Positions 23,186-37,542 of a stretch of DNA of 64,000 nucleotides are shown here, one piece after another. Within the stretch, counting starts at the first letter, position 1. Every line of letters starts with the position of its first letter. The stretch lies in NCBI GenBank assembly GCA_964016885.1, contig OZ024740.1, forward strand, positions 303,490,001 to 303,554,000, read 5' to 3'. Source of the DNA: Eledone cirrhosa (taxonomy: Eukaryota). The notes beneath the pieces are model-generated. The model did no database searches. It was not told the DNA's origin and saw only the letters and a program-made list of their open reading frames with translations. The translations under genes were made by a program, and so were the position numbers.

Positions 23186-24621
23186 GTTACTCGAAAGATA
23201 CTTTGAAGGAACCCCATTTCAGCCACTGTATTTGCAATCATTTTTTCCATCATTACCCAAGATTCATGACCATAGTGAATTAACGTGTTCATATTTTCAT
23301 TTTAAAGAATTACAGACGGATATATATATATATATATATATATAAATATGCAAACACTATATATATATAATAATTTTATATAAGAAACTTACATTAAGTT
23401 ACTATCTTAGTAATGAAATAAATAATAATTTTAGTAAATCCTCAAAATTCTTCATTAATTAATTGAAACAGAGTGTATTTCATTAGAAATGTAGTCATGA
23501 AAGGGTTTAAACTGAATGGCCTTCCTACTGTTAACCACACCATCACAATGAATTGGAGTATGTTCTGTTAGTTAAACTGGAGCAACAATAGTGTCTTGCT
23601 CACTAATGATCAATAGCTCATTATCTGAACAATTATCATTGTACCTCAATGTCAGGTAATAGTTGACATTTAATTTAAACTGCTAGTTTTGGAATGGAGT
23701 GAAATAACTATAAAATGTATTGAATATGTTATTGTTTAGGTCCAGGTTAGATTTGAACAAGCATACCTATGGTCAAAAACATTATAGCTGTTATTAGCTG
23801 TTTTTTTTTTTTGGTGGGCAGGGGTTTGCTTTAGATTAAATGATCCAATGTTATATTATTTTTAAAAGACAGTAAGTGCGTGGTAGAGTGTAATTTAAGA
23901 GACTTTTGGTTGGTATTTCTTACAAGTTGAGCAACCACATTGAGGCTCCCTTGTTGGCTTAAAATGATCAATATAGTTTTTGAAGTTGGAGTGACAGACA
24001 AGATCAATATGGTAAGTACTGCTAGTTATAGGTAAAAACCTGGCCTGTCAACTTCTCGTCTCTACTCTACAGTAATTTTAATTACCCGTTGTGGACATTT
24101 CCTTTTTCTTAAATCACTGTTATCATAGGAAGTCACAGTAACAACAGCACCTCTGTGTTGTTACATCACCTATTAGAAATAGCAAACAAGTTTATCTCAA
24201 ATCACAATCTACATCATACTCCTAGTTGCACTATGTATGAATAAAAATACAGAGTATAACAGCACGACTGGAATACTTTGATCATAGATCTTCTGGATCA
24301 GGCTAGCCTAGGGCTAAACAGCAATAGTACAGTCACATTGTCCCTATTTTAACTTCGGAAAAAAAACATGCAAAATCAAGCTTGCAGGAATATATAACAG
24401 TGTGGCAGATGCACACAATCCATTTAAATAGGAGTGTTCTTCAGATAGTAATTTCAGTGGATCAAAGGACAGAAAAAACAGAAGTAGGATAGAAATAGTT
24501 TAATCTTGGGTTAATAATTGATAGGTGTTTATGAGTATAATTTCACTTGCTTGTCATAACTTTTATTTAAATAATCTTAGTATAAGTACAGATAGGAAAT
24601 TGGCTAACCGGGAGATTGTAT

Positions 24622-24863
24622 TTAACCCTTTAGTTACCAACCTGGCCAAAACCAGCTCTGGTTCTATGAAATAAAGTCACTCATTTTAAATGTTTTCAAT
24701 TTAAATTAAAATCTTCCAACATATATTTTTATATAAGAACCTTACATTAAGTTACTATCTTAGTAATGAAATAATTAACAATTTTCGTAAATCCCTCAAA
24801 ATTCTACAATAATTAATTAAAATAGTGTGTATTTCATTAGAAATATGCCCATGAAAGGGCTAA
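24622..24863. mobile_element. piggyBac-like MITE, family 1 (TTAA-CCCTTT..AAAGGG-TTAA)
   Basis: TTAA-flanked short TIRs. Homologous copies at 29545-29903, 56131-56370, and partial at 23370-23510. Confidence 0.6.
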
Positions 24864-25030
24864 ATGTATATGACAAATAGCTACTCAGAACTTAAGCAAA
24901 ACAACCACCTGCTTAAGGCATCATGGAAAGTGTGGCACCATTTTATTCAAATTGTATTTGTCACCACTTTCATCAAGCAAAAAGATTTCATGAATGAAGA
25001 TTTTTACTTCTCTTCTGAAGTCCACAGGAG

Positions 25031-26856
25031 AGTACTGTTCATGCGTGAGGAAGTACTGTTCACATGTCAGAAAGTACTGTTCACATGTTATGAAGTACTG
25101 TTCATGCGTGAGGAAGTACTGTTCACATGTCAGAAAGTACTGTTCACATGTTAGGAAGTACTGTTCATGCGTGAGGAAGTACTGTTCACATGTCAGAAAG
25201 TACTGTTCACATGTCAGAAAGTACTGTTCACACGTGAGGAAATACTGTTCACATGTGAGGAAGTACTGTTCACACGTGAGCAAGTACTGTTCACATGTGA
25301 GGAAGTACTGTTCACACGTGAGGAAGTACTGTTCACACGTGAGGAAGTACTGTTCACACGTGAGCAAGTACTGTTCACATGTGAGCAAGTACTGTTCACA
25401 CGTGAGCAAGTACTGTTCACACGTGAGGAAGTACTGTTCACACGTGAGGAAGTACTGTTCACACGTGAGGAAGTACTGTTCACACGTGAGGAAGTACTGT
25501 TCACACGTGAGCAAGTACTGTTCACACGTGAGCAAGTACTGTTCACACGTGAGCAAGTACTGTTCACACGTGAGCAAGTACTGTTCACACGTGAGCAAGT
25601 ACTGTTCACACGTGAGCAAGTACTGTTCACACGTGAGCAAGTACTGTTCACACGTGAGCAAGTACTGTTCACACGTGAGCAAGTACTGTTCACACGTGAG
25701 CAAGTACTGTTCACACGTGAGCAAGTACTGTTCACACGTGAGCAAGTACTGTTCACACGTGAGCAAGTGCTGTTCACACGTGAGGAAGTACTGTTCACAC
25801 GTGAGGAAGTACTGTTCACACGTGAGCAAGTACTGTTCACGTGAGCAAGTACTGTTCACACGTGAGCAAGTACTGTTCACACGTGAGCAAGTACTGTTCA
25901 CACGTGAGCAAGTACTGTTCACATGTCAGAAAGTACTGTTCACACGTGAGGAAGTACTGTTCACACGTGAGCAAGTACTGTTCACACGTGAGCAAGTACT
26001 GTTCACACGTGAGGAAGTACTGTTCACATGTCAGAAAGTACTGTTCACACGTGAGGAAGTACTGTTCACACGTGAGCAAGTACTGTTCACACGTGAGCAA
26101 GTACTGTTCACACGTGAGCAAGTACTGTTCACATGTGAGCAAGTACTGTTCACACGTGAGGAAGTACTGTTCACACGTGAGCAAGTACTGTTCACACGTG
26201 AGCAAGTACTGTTCACACGTGAGCAAGTACTGTTCACACGTGAGCAAGTACTGTTCACATGTCAGAAAGTACTGTTCACACGTGAGGAAGTACTGTTCAC
26301 ACGTGAGCAAGTACTGTTCACACGTGAGCAAGTACTGTTCACACGTGAGCAAGTACTGTTCACACGTGAGCAAGTACTGTTCACACGTGAGCAAGTACTG
26401 TTCACACGTGAGCAAGTACTGTTCACACGTGAGCAAGTACTGTTCACACGTGAGCAAGTACTGTTCACACGTGAGCAAGTACTGTTCACACGTGAGCAAG
26501 TACTGTTCACACGTGAGCAAGTACTGTTCACACGTGAGCAAGTACTGTTCACACGTGAGCAAGTACTGTTCACACGTGAGCAAGTACTGTTCACACGTGA
26601 GCAAGTACTGTTCACATGTCAGAAAGTACTGTTCACACGTGAGGAAGTACTGTTCACACGTGAGCAAGTACTGTTCACACGTGAGCAAGTACTGTTCACA
26701 CGTGAGCAAGTACTGTTCACACGTGAGGAAGTACTGTTCACATGTCAGAAAGTACTGTTCACACGTGAGGAAGTACTGTTCACACGTGAGGAAGTACTGT
26801 TCACACGTGAGCAAGTACTGTTCACACGTGAGCAAGTACTGTTCACATGTGAGGAA
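25031..26856. repeat. 21-bp minisatellite (AAGTACTGTTCACACGTGAGC), ~87 copies
   Basis: Directly visible. Variants end ..GAGG or ..ATGTCAGA, with one 2-nt deletion near 25840. Confidence 0.97.
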
Positions 26857-28097
26857 CAGGGATATTGATACACACAGTGAATTGGCAGAAGTTTTAGAGA
26901 ATGTTCAACAAAATATTTTGCATTATTTATTAGTACCAGTAATACAGGGTAATTGCTGGCCTTGTGCCAAAAGTAGAAACAATTATTTATTTCAGCTCTT
27001 TCAGTTCTGAGTTCAAATGTCACTGAGGTCAACTTTACCTTTCATACTTCTGGAGCCAATAAATGAAATACCACTCTAAGACAATAGACTGGTGACATTA
27101 GTGTTAGACACCATGCTTTGCAACATCGAGTTATGGCCCTTTACATTCTGAGTTCAAATCCTGCCGAAGTTAACTCTGCCTTTCATCCTTACGGGGTCGA
27201 TAAAATAAAGTACCAGTAATGCACTGGGATAATTGCTGGCCTTGTGCCAAAAGTAGAAACAATTATTAGAGTATCAGATAAAATGTATTGCAGTACATGT
27301 TCTGGCTCTTTGTGTTCTAAACTTAATTAGTCACTTGGTTTAACTCTACCTCCTGGTCCTTAGGTGCCTTTAGCATTCTAATCTGTTGCAAGTATTTGGA
27401 TTATGTCTCTGTTTTAAAACATCTTCCTCTCCCTCATTCCCCAGCTTTTGAAGTCCCTCAAAAGGATCATAGGTGGTGTCATAATCTCCTGACAAATACA
27501 CACTCATACAAACATCCTAGAGTAAAAAGACCATCCAACTGCTCTACAATCACTGACTTACATATATTTCTTTCTCTCTACATCTGTTACAATAATACAA
27601 TGACTTATTCTCTTCTGAACTATCAAGGTACTCGCGGGTCTCAGATAACCCTACCCTTCCCCCACTTATTAATTTTTCAGATTTTTTCCACACACTCCTC
27701 CAATCTTATTAAATTATGCTAATCTATCTCTGATGAAATTTTATTTTAAGAGGTAGTATTCCTGTGACAATTAATTTTCTTTATACATTAAAAACATTAT
27801 ACATGAAAAAAAAAAAAGAATTGAAAAAAAAAATCACATACATTATAAAATAAATAGGATGCGAGTTGATGGGGGTTTTTTTTTTCTTGCTTTGATCATA
27901 TATATATATATATTAGTGCATTATATTTGTGAGATTCCTAGCAATAATTAATTGTATTTATTATGTGTTTATATTTGTGCTTATATTTTCATTCTGTAAG
28001 TATTATAAACAATTTGTAATGTTATTTATACAACTGTGAATAATAAAAGTTTTAAAATTATATTATATTCTAAATTTTTTGTGTCGCTTTCTTCTAG

Positions 28098-28166
28098 TTA
28101 AAAGCACAAGTTCCAGTTCTGAAGAAGGCTGTGGTTGATGAGCAAGCCGTTCAAGAGAAGTTGAAG
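28098..28166 (+). CDS. PPP1R21: PPP1R21 coding exon 2
   Basis: TAG acceptor, LKAQVPVLKKAVVDEQAVQEKLK, GTAAGG donor. Completes the KL(K/R)AQ motif. Confidence 0.92.
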
Positions 28167-28284
28167 GTAAGGGTTGTATTCCAAAGTAGATTGTTATTTT
28201 TTTTTTTACATGGTTCTGATCTAAGTCATGGGTCCTATTATTTTTATAGTTATATTTTATTGACCTTGGAGTAACATTACTCAA

Positions 28285-28612
28285 TAGAGTGCATAGTTCA
28301 GCTATCAGAGACTCACTCCGGGTAGAGCCGCTGTTTCTCCAAATTGATAGATCACAGCTTCTATACTATGGGCATGTGATTAGAATGTCTCAGGAAAGTA
28401 TCGCTGGACAGATTTTACAGGCAAGACCAACCGGCAGGAGACCCAGGGGTAGACCTCGAGCAAGATAATTGGATAACATCCATGAGCTTGGCTGGTCTCA
28501 CTTAGGAATCCAATCGGATCAGTTGGAGACAGTTGCTTCTGACAGGACCCCCTGGAAGGAGTGTTTGAGGATTCTTCCCCCACACAATTCTCTCAGGAAT
28601 AAGTGTGTGAAG
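28285..28612 (+). mobile_element. 3' fragment of a second RTE-like LINE family
   Basis: Encodes ..SQLLYYGHVIRMS..RRPRGRPRAR.LDNI. Related copies at ~33925-34215, 39520-39690(-), 51720-52260(-) and 57070-57312. Confidence 0.65.
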
Positions 28613-30314
28613 GAGAAGGAAAAGAAGGAGGAGGAGGAGAAGAAGAAGAAACAGCTTTATTTCAGAGAAGGGAAATTCATTCAGATACAGAATGATTTAA
28701 GTTAACTATTCAATCATCAAAGTGTAAAACAGCAGGAGAGAGATAACTTCAGAAGAAATATCTAGTCCATCTAAACTTTGAAAATGTGTGTGTAATCATT
28801 ATATTGTTATATTCATAGAAAAGTAATTATGGTATTTTTTTGTGATAATAATTGATGTTTATCAGTTAAAAATCTGACCTTATAGCATTATTTTATTTTG
28901 AAATCCCACCGAGGTTAACTTTGCCTTTCATCCTTACAGGGTCGATAAAATAAAGTACCAGTAATGCACTGGTTAATTGCTGGCCTTGTGCCAAAAAGTA
29001 GAAATAATTATTTTATTTTGAAACCATTGATTGGTAAAAGTGTTAGTGCCTGATAAAATACATTATACTATTCATTATTTACTATCATCATTACATGCGT
29101 TTTTCCACACTTCCATGGGTTGGATGGGTCCTTCTCAGCAGTGTCTCTCCTCTTGTCACAATACTTTGTTATCTCTTCTTTGAGCCACAGTAATTTGAGG
29201 TCAGCTCTCACAACCTCTGCCCAAGTCTTTCTTAGTCTATGTCTACTGCGGCTTCCTTACACTGGCATTTTCTGGCAATCTGACTTCTATTCCTCACACA
29301 GTTGATTTTGATTTCATCATTATGGAATTTATAAAACAATATTCAATTCTCTGCACTATATTCCTTTTCTACAAATTTGAGGCTTTTAAGTTAAAGCAAG
29401 AAATTATTATTTCAATTTAGTATAACTTTTTCATTTTCTAAATCCTATTGCCCCCTTAACAAACAATTTTATCTGTTGAAATTTCTAATTTATATAGTTT
29501 ATAATGTTAAAAAAGTACCTAGGACCTTTGAGTAGGTTTAGGTTTTAACCTTTTTATGATCGTATTTCGAATGAAATATAATCTATTTTAATTAATTATT
29601 GAAGAATTTCGAGTGATTTACTAAAATTATTAATTATTTTATTACTAAGATAGTAATTTACTGTAAGGTTCTTATATAAAATTGTGTTGGAAGATTTTAA
29701 TTTAAATTTAAAACCTTTAAAATGTGGGATTTTATTTCATAGAACCAGGGCTGGTTTTACTAAAATTATTGTTTCATTACTAAAATAGTAACTTAATGTA
29801 AGGTTCTTATATAAAATTATGTTGTATTATTTTAATTTAAATTGGTGATTTTATTTCACAGAACCAGGGCCGGTTCTTGCCAGGTTGATAACTAAAGGGT
29901 TAACTTGTAATACTAGAAAGTTTTAAATGTTGGTTTCCTTTATTTATAAGTTTGTTTCAAAACTATGCCATTTAAATGTGAAAATGTCTGTAATGAGTTA
30001 TTGCTAATATAATCTGTGTTTGCTATAATTATTAACTTCATCTTTAAAGATGAAATATTTTGTTTAATATTTACATTGGCATTACATTATCAGTTTGATC
30101 TCCAGTTGTCATCAGGAGTCTTATTCTTAGGCAAAGCACTGTTCTGTAAAATGTGAACACCTCAAAAGACACTTAAGGGACCAGATGGTAGTGATGTTAA
30201 CCCTTTCTTTACCATACCTCTAATAAATAACACTTTCTACTATTTTGAGTAACACCTACATTATTAACATTGAGTAACACCTACATTGAGTAACACCTAC
30301 ATTATTATTAACAC

Positions 30315-31005
30315 CTACATTATACGAACAGCAATGTTACATGGTAGTGAGACCTGGGCGCTCTCTGTGGAAGACTTGCGTAAATTAGAAAGAAACGAAG
30401 TCTGCATGCTCTGATGGATGTGTAATAGTAATATACGCGAACAGCAAAGCATAAATGAATTGAGAGAGAGACTGAGCATAAGAGGAATCAAATGCTGTGT
30501 GCAGGAGAGGCGGTTGCGTTGGTATGGACATGTGATGCGTATGAAGTATGACAGCTGCATAAAAAGGTGCAGAGCACTAGAAGTCGATGGAAGACCCAAG
30601 AAGACTTGGGATGAGGTGATAAAAGCCGACCTTACCCAATTACACCTCTCAAAGGTGATGACACACGACCGTGACCTCTGGCGTCATGCAGTAATACAGA
30701 AGACCCGATCCCCCACGGGTACAAGCCGAAGCTGAAGCATATAGACAATATGCCCCCACACCCTCCCACTGCAAAGTGGACATGGAGGTGCCACAGAAAA
30801 AAAGCACCCAGCACTCACTGTAAATGAGGTTGGTGTTAGGAAGGGCATCCAGCTGTAGAAATCAAGCCAGAATCAGTTGCCGTATGAGCAAGACAAGGTC
30901 AGCCGACCGGACACTGCCCATAACAGGACAACCCGTCTAACTCATGCTAGCGTGGAAGAACGGACGTAAAATGGTGATGACGGTGATGATGATGATGATG
31001 ATGAT
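30315..31005 (+). mobile_element. RTE LINE 3' fragment with (TGA)n tail
   Basis: IRTAMLHGSETWAL..RRLRWYGHVMRM..GRPKKTWDEVIK, then the shared tail AAAAAGCACCCAGCACTCACTGTAAATGAGGTTGGTGTTAGGAAGGGCATCCAGCTGTAGAAA. A minus-strand copy of the tail lies at 39000-39410. Confidence 0.85.
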
Positions 31006-32535
31006 TAACTTTTAACGTCCTGTTCTGCACGAAACTGCATTATTGAAAGCATTACATTAAAAATGAATGTCTTTACTGTAAAACTGAAAATGCTTACAAT
31101 CTGTTGTCTAGTAAAAATATTATAAACATTTGAATTAAAAAACTTTTTTTAGATATTTTCTGCTAAATCATTACAGGTTAAGAGTTAAACTGATGTTAGC
31201 TTAATAAAGGTTCTTACTATGATGGAAGATTTAAGATAAACATATAAACACTTCAAAATGAAGAGTTTTGTATCATAGAACCAGGGGAAGTTTCTTGCTG
31301 TTTATATCAAAAGTGTTAAACTAAGTGGTGGTGTGTTAAGCTTGTCACTGAAAGTTATATAAATATAGGATATAACAGCATACCATCTCAGTTTTCAACA
31401 GCTAATCAACCCAACTAATCAATATAGCTTTCTAATTAGTTCATGAAGCATTAATTAAACATTGAACAGATTAAATTGTTTAGATCTGCCCAGATAGGTT
31501 TTAGAAAAAAAAAAAAATAATTTTCTGTCTTTTTTAAAGATTTAAGTCTTTCTCCTCTAGTCACTGTTTTAAATTACATAAATCTTTTAGTAAATTAATT
31601 CCACAATCTTTCTTTGTTTATATTTTTATTTGTATTATTACTAAGAATATTATGTTAAATGTGGATTAGTTCTGTTAATTAAAACTGTATGTTGGTTGAC
31701 TGGTTACAAATTAACGATGCCTTCACCATCAACAATATTCATATTGTTTTATTTACTCTACATTTAAGTTGAGTGACAATGTGTGTGTGTTTATCCTTCA
31801 CTCGTTTCAACTCTTTCTTCTCTGTTTTTGTCTTCATCTTCATCATCATTGTCATCTTTTCTCCCAGCTCCATCCTCATATACTTATGATCATTCTTGCC
31901 GTGACCTCAAATTACACTGCCCCATCTTAGGAGATATTGGATAATGTACTCTTAGATATATAAAATGGTGAATGGGATTTCTTTGACCACATCTGACTTA
32001 GAACAGCAACAACTAAACCCCTTTGAAGTTAAGATACATTTAAGATTAGGTAGAATTAGAGACAGTGTAGACTTATAAGGTGCAGTCATGATAATGTTTT
32101 CCACAATAATCTGTTTCTAACAAATCTATGACAGGTGAGACCCACAATGGAGTATTACTCCTATGTCTGGGATTGTTGCTACTTTTGCTAACCCAGACAC
32201 CCTAGATCATATCCAGAGAAAAGCCCCTCATCTAATTGGCATAAAGTCACTCACAGACACACATCCAGCTTCTAACCCATAATTGTGCTGTTTCTTCCTT
32301 CAGCTTCTTCTACCACTACTACAATAAGGCTCTGCTGCTCAACTTGTTGGTCTCATGCTACCTCCATTTTGGTACTCCTCACTCACTTGTCATCTTCTCA
32401 TCACCCATGTTGTATACAAACCCACTCTCTGACCTTGCACTAACTACCATATCTAATTTTTCTTGTCCAGAATGTCAGTTCTTTGGAATCCACTCCTTGT
32501 TTAAGTCTTTCCGAAAGGAGTTGGCTTTCAACAGT

Positions 32536-32756
32536 TTAACCCTTTAGCATTTACATTACTCTATATATACTATTGTATTTTCATGGGAAAGGCTTTATCT
32601 CACATAATATTTCACATAATATCAAATCTATGAGATTTTGATATTAATTATTTTGAGAACAATACCTTAACATCAGTATGAGCAGCCAGTTATGGCTGGT
32701 TTGAACAGAAAGAGGTGAGAGAATTTTGGCCTGATATGGCTGGTTTAAAGGGTTAA
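32536..32756. mobile_element. piggyBac-like MITE, family 2
   Basis: TTAA-CCCTTTAGCATTTA TIR. Homologous copies at 46825-47050 and 60930-61158 (both TIRs intact). Confidence 0.7.
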
Positions 32757-33225
32757 ATGGAACATTAATGGTATTAACCTCTTTGGTCTCAGGGGGCCTG
32801 TGAAGGTTATGAGCACTATTTCTGGGCCTGTAAAGGATATGGGCACTACCCCTTCCCCCAGACATATAAAAAAAAAGATTGAACTACTTTATTACAAAAA
32901 TATTGTCCAGTTCCAACATGAAATCAACACCCATAATATATCTAAAGATATTATCTGGAACTTGGTAATGAACTGATTTAAGAGACTGTCTTTCTTTATT
33001 AAAATTTAATAAAGAAACATTAGTAACCTGAGACAGCTTTATGGAAACATTCAATTCAATATTGCTTTAAAACATGGAAAAAAAAGGAAAAAAATGTGGA
33101 AAAAGACAGCGAGAAATTATTTTACATCAATCAGTTGGCTTGATTTCACTTACATTTTGCAATTTAAATTTCAAAAAGAAAGTAAAAATCTTTTGAGCCT
33201 TCAAGTCGTTACTAGAAACACCAGG

Positions 33226-33555
33226 AGTTGGTGAGTTGGCAGAGTCATTAGAATGTCAGATAGATTGCTTTGCAGTATTTGTTTCGGCTCTCTGCTCCCT
33301 TAGTTCAAATCCTGGCAAGATCAACTGTGTATTTCATCCATATGAGGTTGATAAGTACATGTCTAGTACTGGGGTTGATTCTTCCTTTATATCTCTTTCT
33401 CACCTCCATTCTCTTGCACTCTATATCCTTCTCTGAAAGAAATTTTTCTGTATTCAAATCTGGAAAGGGGATTGACTCCACCAGGTTTAAAAATGCCCTA
33501 GAAACACGATATGTCAATATGGTGCCCCTATGACTCCCTCAGGAGTTACGGGTCA
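33226..33555 (+). mobile_element. SINE subfamily with tail ..CCCTATGACTCCCTCAGGAGTTAC
   Basis: tRNA-like head with GTTCAAATCC. Copies at 35936-36265, 41218-41542, 49325-49610(-) and 60493-60795. Confidence 0.7.
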
Positions 33556-34237
33556 TGCATGCATGCAGAAACAGCAGCTAAATTTCACTTCAATCATACC
33601 TACCATCTTTACAAAATAGAAGAACATATTGAGTAATATAATCTCAAGATAAAATTATACAATATAGCTTCAGTGCTTTCCTTCTGTAATCATAATCTAG
33701 AGGGTAAAGTCTTCCACTGTTATCAATACATTTTCCTATTCTTTGATAAGCACTAAATACACAAAATGGTAATGGATTGTATGGATGGCTAGTTTTCAGT
33801 ATGCAAAAATAGATAGCCAAGCTATGGTCATGAATCTTGGGTAATAACCAAAGGAATACAATCATGAATACAAGCATCCAAAATGGAATTCCTCCGAAGG
33901 GTCTTTGGAGTAATATTATTTGGTAGAGTGCATAGCTCAGAGACCAAGGAGTCATTCCAAGTACAATGGCTACTTCTCCACATCGAGAGATATTACAGAC
34001 ATATTAGAATGTCTGAGGAAAAAATTGTTGGACAGATTTTATGAGCAAAGCCAACAGGCAGGAAACCCAGAGGTAGACCACAAGTGAGATGATTAGATAA
34101 CATCCATAAGCTCTCTCACTTGGGGATGTAGCTGGATCATTTGGAGACAGCTGCTTCTCAAAGGACCCTCTAGAAAGGACTCGGTCCCCATGACCCTCTC
34201 AGGAATAAGTGGGAACAGAAGAAAAAGATGTGGCATT

Positions 34238-34420
<183 letters not shown>

Positions 34421-34470
34421 TTTTTTCTTCTTGTGGGGGTGATTCTTTTTGTTTGTTTTTACAAAAATGA

Positions 34471-35580
34471 TAAGATATATGTAACAAGTATGACATAACT
34501 AGATAGTAACATAGGTACCAACTCATGTAAAAGTAAGATATATGTAACAAGTATGACATAGATATAAGATATATGTAGCAAGTATGACATAACTAGATAG
34601 TAACATAGGTACCAACTCATGTAAAAGTAAGATATATGTAACAAGTATGACATAGATATAAGATATATGTAGCAAGTATGACATAACTAGATAGTAACAT
34701 AGGTACCAACTCATGTAAAAGTAAGATATATGTAGCAAGTATGACATAACTAGATAGTAACATAGGTACCAACTCATGTAAAAGTAAGATATATGTAACA
34801 AGTATGACATAGATATAAGATATATGTAACAAGTATGACATAACTAGATAGTAACATAGGTACCAACTCATGTAAAAGTAAGATATATGTAACAAGTATG
34901 ATATAGATATAAGATATATGTAGCAAGTATGACATAACTAGATAGTAACATAGGTACCAACTCATGTAAAAGTAAGATATATGTAACAAGTATGACATAA
35001 CTAGATAGTAACATAGGTACCAACTCATGTAAAAGTAAGATATATGTAACAAGTATGACATAACTAGATAGTAACATAGGTACCAACTCATGTAAAAGTA
35101 AGATATATGTAACAAGTATGACATAACTAGATAGTAACATAGGTACCAACTCATGTAAAAGTAAGATATATGTAACAAGTATGACATAGATATAAGATAT
35201 ATGTAGCAAGTATGACATAACTAGATAGTAACATAGGTACCAACTCATGTAAAAGTAAGATATATGTAGCAAGTATGGCATAACTAGATAGTAACATAGG
35301 TACCAACTCATGTAAAAGTAAGATATATGTAACAAGTATGACATAGATATAAGATATATGTAGCAAGTATGACATAACTAGATAGTAACATAGGTACCAA
35401 CTCATGTAAAAGTAAGATATATGTAACAAGTATGACATAGATATAAGATATATGTAGCAAGTATGACATAACTAGATAGTAACATAGGTACCAACTCATG
35501 TAAAAGTAAGATATATGTAACAAGTATGACATAGATATAAGATATATGTAGCAAGTATGACATAACTAGATAGTAACATA
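34471..35580. repeat. Composite minisatellite of 63-bp and 31-bp units
   Basis: The 63-mer TAAGATATATGTAACAAGTATGACATAACTAGATAGTAACATAGGTACCAACTCATGTAAAAG alternates with the 31-mer TAAGATATATGTAACAAGTATGACATAGATA. Confidence 0.95.
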
Positions 35581-36422
35581 CATACCACCTCAGAAACAGT
35601 TGCTGCTTAATTTGTAACAGTTAGCTGCTGAATGATGATAATCATCTCAGAACATCCAGCTTTAATTTTTGTTATAATTTCTTTTTTAATTAAGCTACCT
35701 GTAATAATAATGATGATGATGATGATTGAATAAATGATTTATTTAGGTGTGTTGGTATCAAGATGGTTAAATAATCTCTGACCTAAGTGTAGAATCTGTC
35801 ACTCTCCCCACTCTTTCTTTCTTTTACTTATAGCCCTTGCTCTTCCCCTCATTTTCCTCTCATTTATGGCATTTATAGTTCTTTCCAATGCTGCATTCTT
35901 TTTCTGTATGTTTAACCAATTTATAGTTATATCAATGGTGGTGAATTGGGAGAGTCGTTAGATAGTTGGGTGGAATGCTTTACTGTATTCGTTTCGACTT
36001 TCTGCTCTCTGAGTTCAAATCCTGCTGAGGTCAACTTTGTCTTTCATCCATTCCAAGTCGATAAAAAAAAAATACCAGTCTAGTACTGGGGTTGATTCTT
36101 CCTCTGTGTCTCTTTCTCACTTCTATTCTTTCACTCTTTATTTTTCTCCTGGAAGAAATCTGCTATATTCTGACCTAGAGCGGGATGGACTCTGCCAGGT
36201 TTAAAAATGTCCTAGAAATGCTGTATGCCAATGCAGCACCCCTATGACTTCCCCAGGAGTTATGGCAACATCCATCTATCCATCCAGTTATATTAATAGA
36301 TACCTATCAGATTTAATGGCTTTTTCTCTATATTCTAATCAAAGTTGCCATTATTTTGTCTTAAAATTATTATTTATATTGCGAGTAAATATTTGTTAAG
36401 AATTGACAACTCTTTGTTACAG

Positions 36423-36569
36423 GTGACCATCAAGGAAAAGGACCAGTCAGTGCGTAAATATGAACAAGAGGTGGATAGTTTATCATTTCGAAATCAACAA
36501 TTAGCAAAGAGGGTTCTTTTTTTACAAGAAGAACTCGAACAAGTGTCTGTAAACAAGAGAAAAAATAAA
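36423..36569 (+). CDS. PPP1R21: PPP1R21 coding exon 3
   Basis: VTIKEKDQSVRKYEQEVDSLSFRNQQLAKRVLFLQEELEQVSVNKRKNK; CAG/GTAAGT. Confidence 0.95.
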
Positions 36570-37327
36570 GTAAGTAATTCTTCAACTATTTTACAGTTCT
36601 TTCAAAACAAATTAAACAGTTTACAGAGTTTTACCTTTCATATATAGAGGGAAAGAGATATAATAATAATGAAATTATTGTGTACAGTGCTCAGGTGCAC
36701 TACAACTCATCAAAGGTGCATGTATAGTACATAGAATAATGTACAAATGTCAGGAAAATGAACAGTGTATGAGTCATGATATAATAATAATAACAATAAT
36801 GAAATATTGGGTACAGTGCTCAGGTGCACCACAACTCATCAAAAAAGTGCATGTACAGTACATAGGGCAATGCACAAACATCAGTAAAATGAACAGTGCA
36901 CGAGTCATGATACACACATGTGTGCATGTGTATGGAAGGGGTACATCAGGTGTAGTTTTGGCGTATTTCGGGAAGCATATATATGTATATAGAGAAATGA
37001 TATAGATATATAGAGAGTTATGAGATAGTAATGAATAGGGCAGTAGACAGTGGTAGGGATTAATAAACATATACTGATACTAGACAAGAGACACCACCAA
37101 CATAATTTTCACCACCATTTTGCCTTGCATGCATCAGTGAGCAGGACCTCTCCAGCAGCATGTGTCGCCTGTCGTTGCAGTTTTTGTCATCTCCTTTTTG
37201 ATGTCAGTGTTTGCCACTTTATTCTATGTCTACTCTGGCCTCCTTCTTCCATAGATTCCACGCTCTCCAAATGCTTGGCTCTTTCTTATACAGCTGACAT
37301 TTTAATATGTTATTTATTGGTTTCTAG

Positions 37328-37462
37328 ACGAAAGCTGGGGCTGGTGCAGCAGATCTGCCCACACCAAACTCAGAGGTGCCTCTGTCACATTTTCTGGAAA
37401 ACAGTGTCATTGGTGAAGAACTACAGAGCAAAATTGAAGAGAATGCACGTCTTCATAAACAG
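37328..37462 (+). CDS. PPP1R21: PPP1R21 coding exon 4
   Basis: TKAGAGAADLPTPNSEVPLSHFLENSVIGEELQSKIEENARLHKQ; TAG/GTTGGT. Confidence 0.88.
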
Positions 37463-37542
37463 GTTGGTTATCTTGAAATGTTGTGTATTCCAACTAATAC
37501 ACATTTACTTACAATCATACACACACTCTTATGAAAGTACTA

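Noticed and set aside
25031-26856. CRISPR-like array
   Set aside because: Units are contiguous with no unique spacers, there are no cas genes, and the context is eukaryotic.
24921-27010. Long ORFs of 200-624 aa (KYCSHVS / EQVLFTR / EQYLLTC repeats)
   Set aside because: Artefact of a stop-free 21-bp minisatellite that is open in several frames inside an intron.
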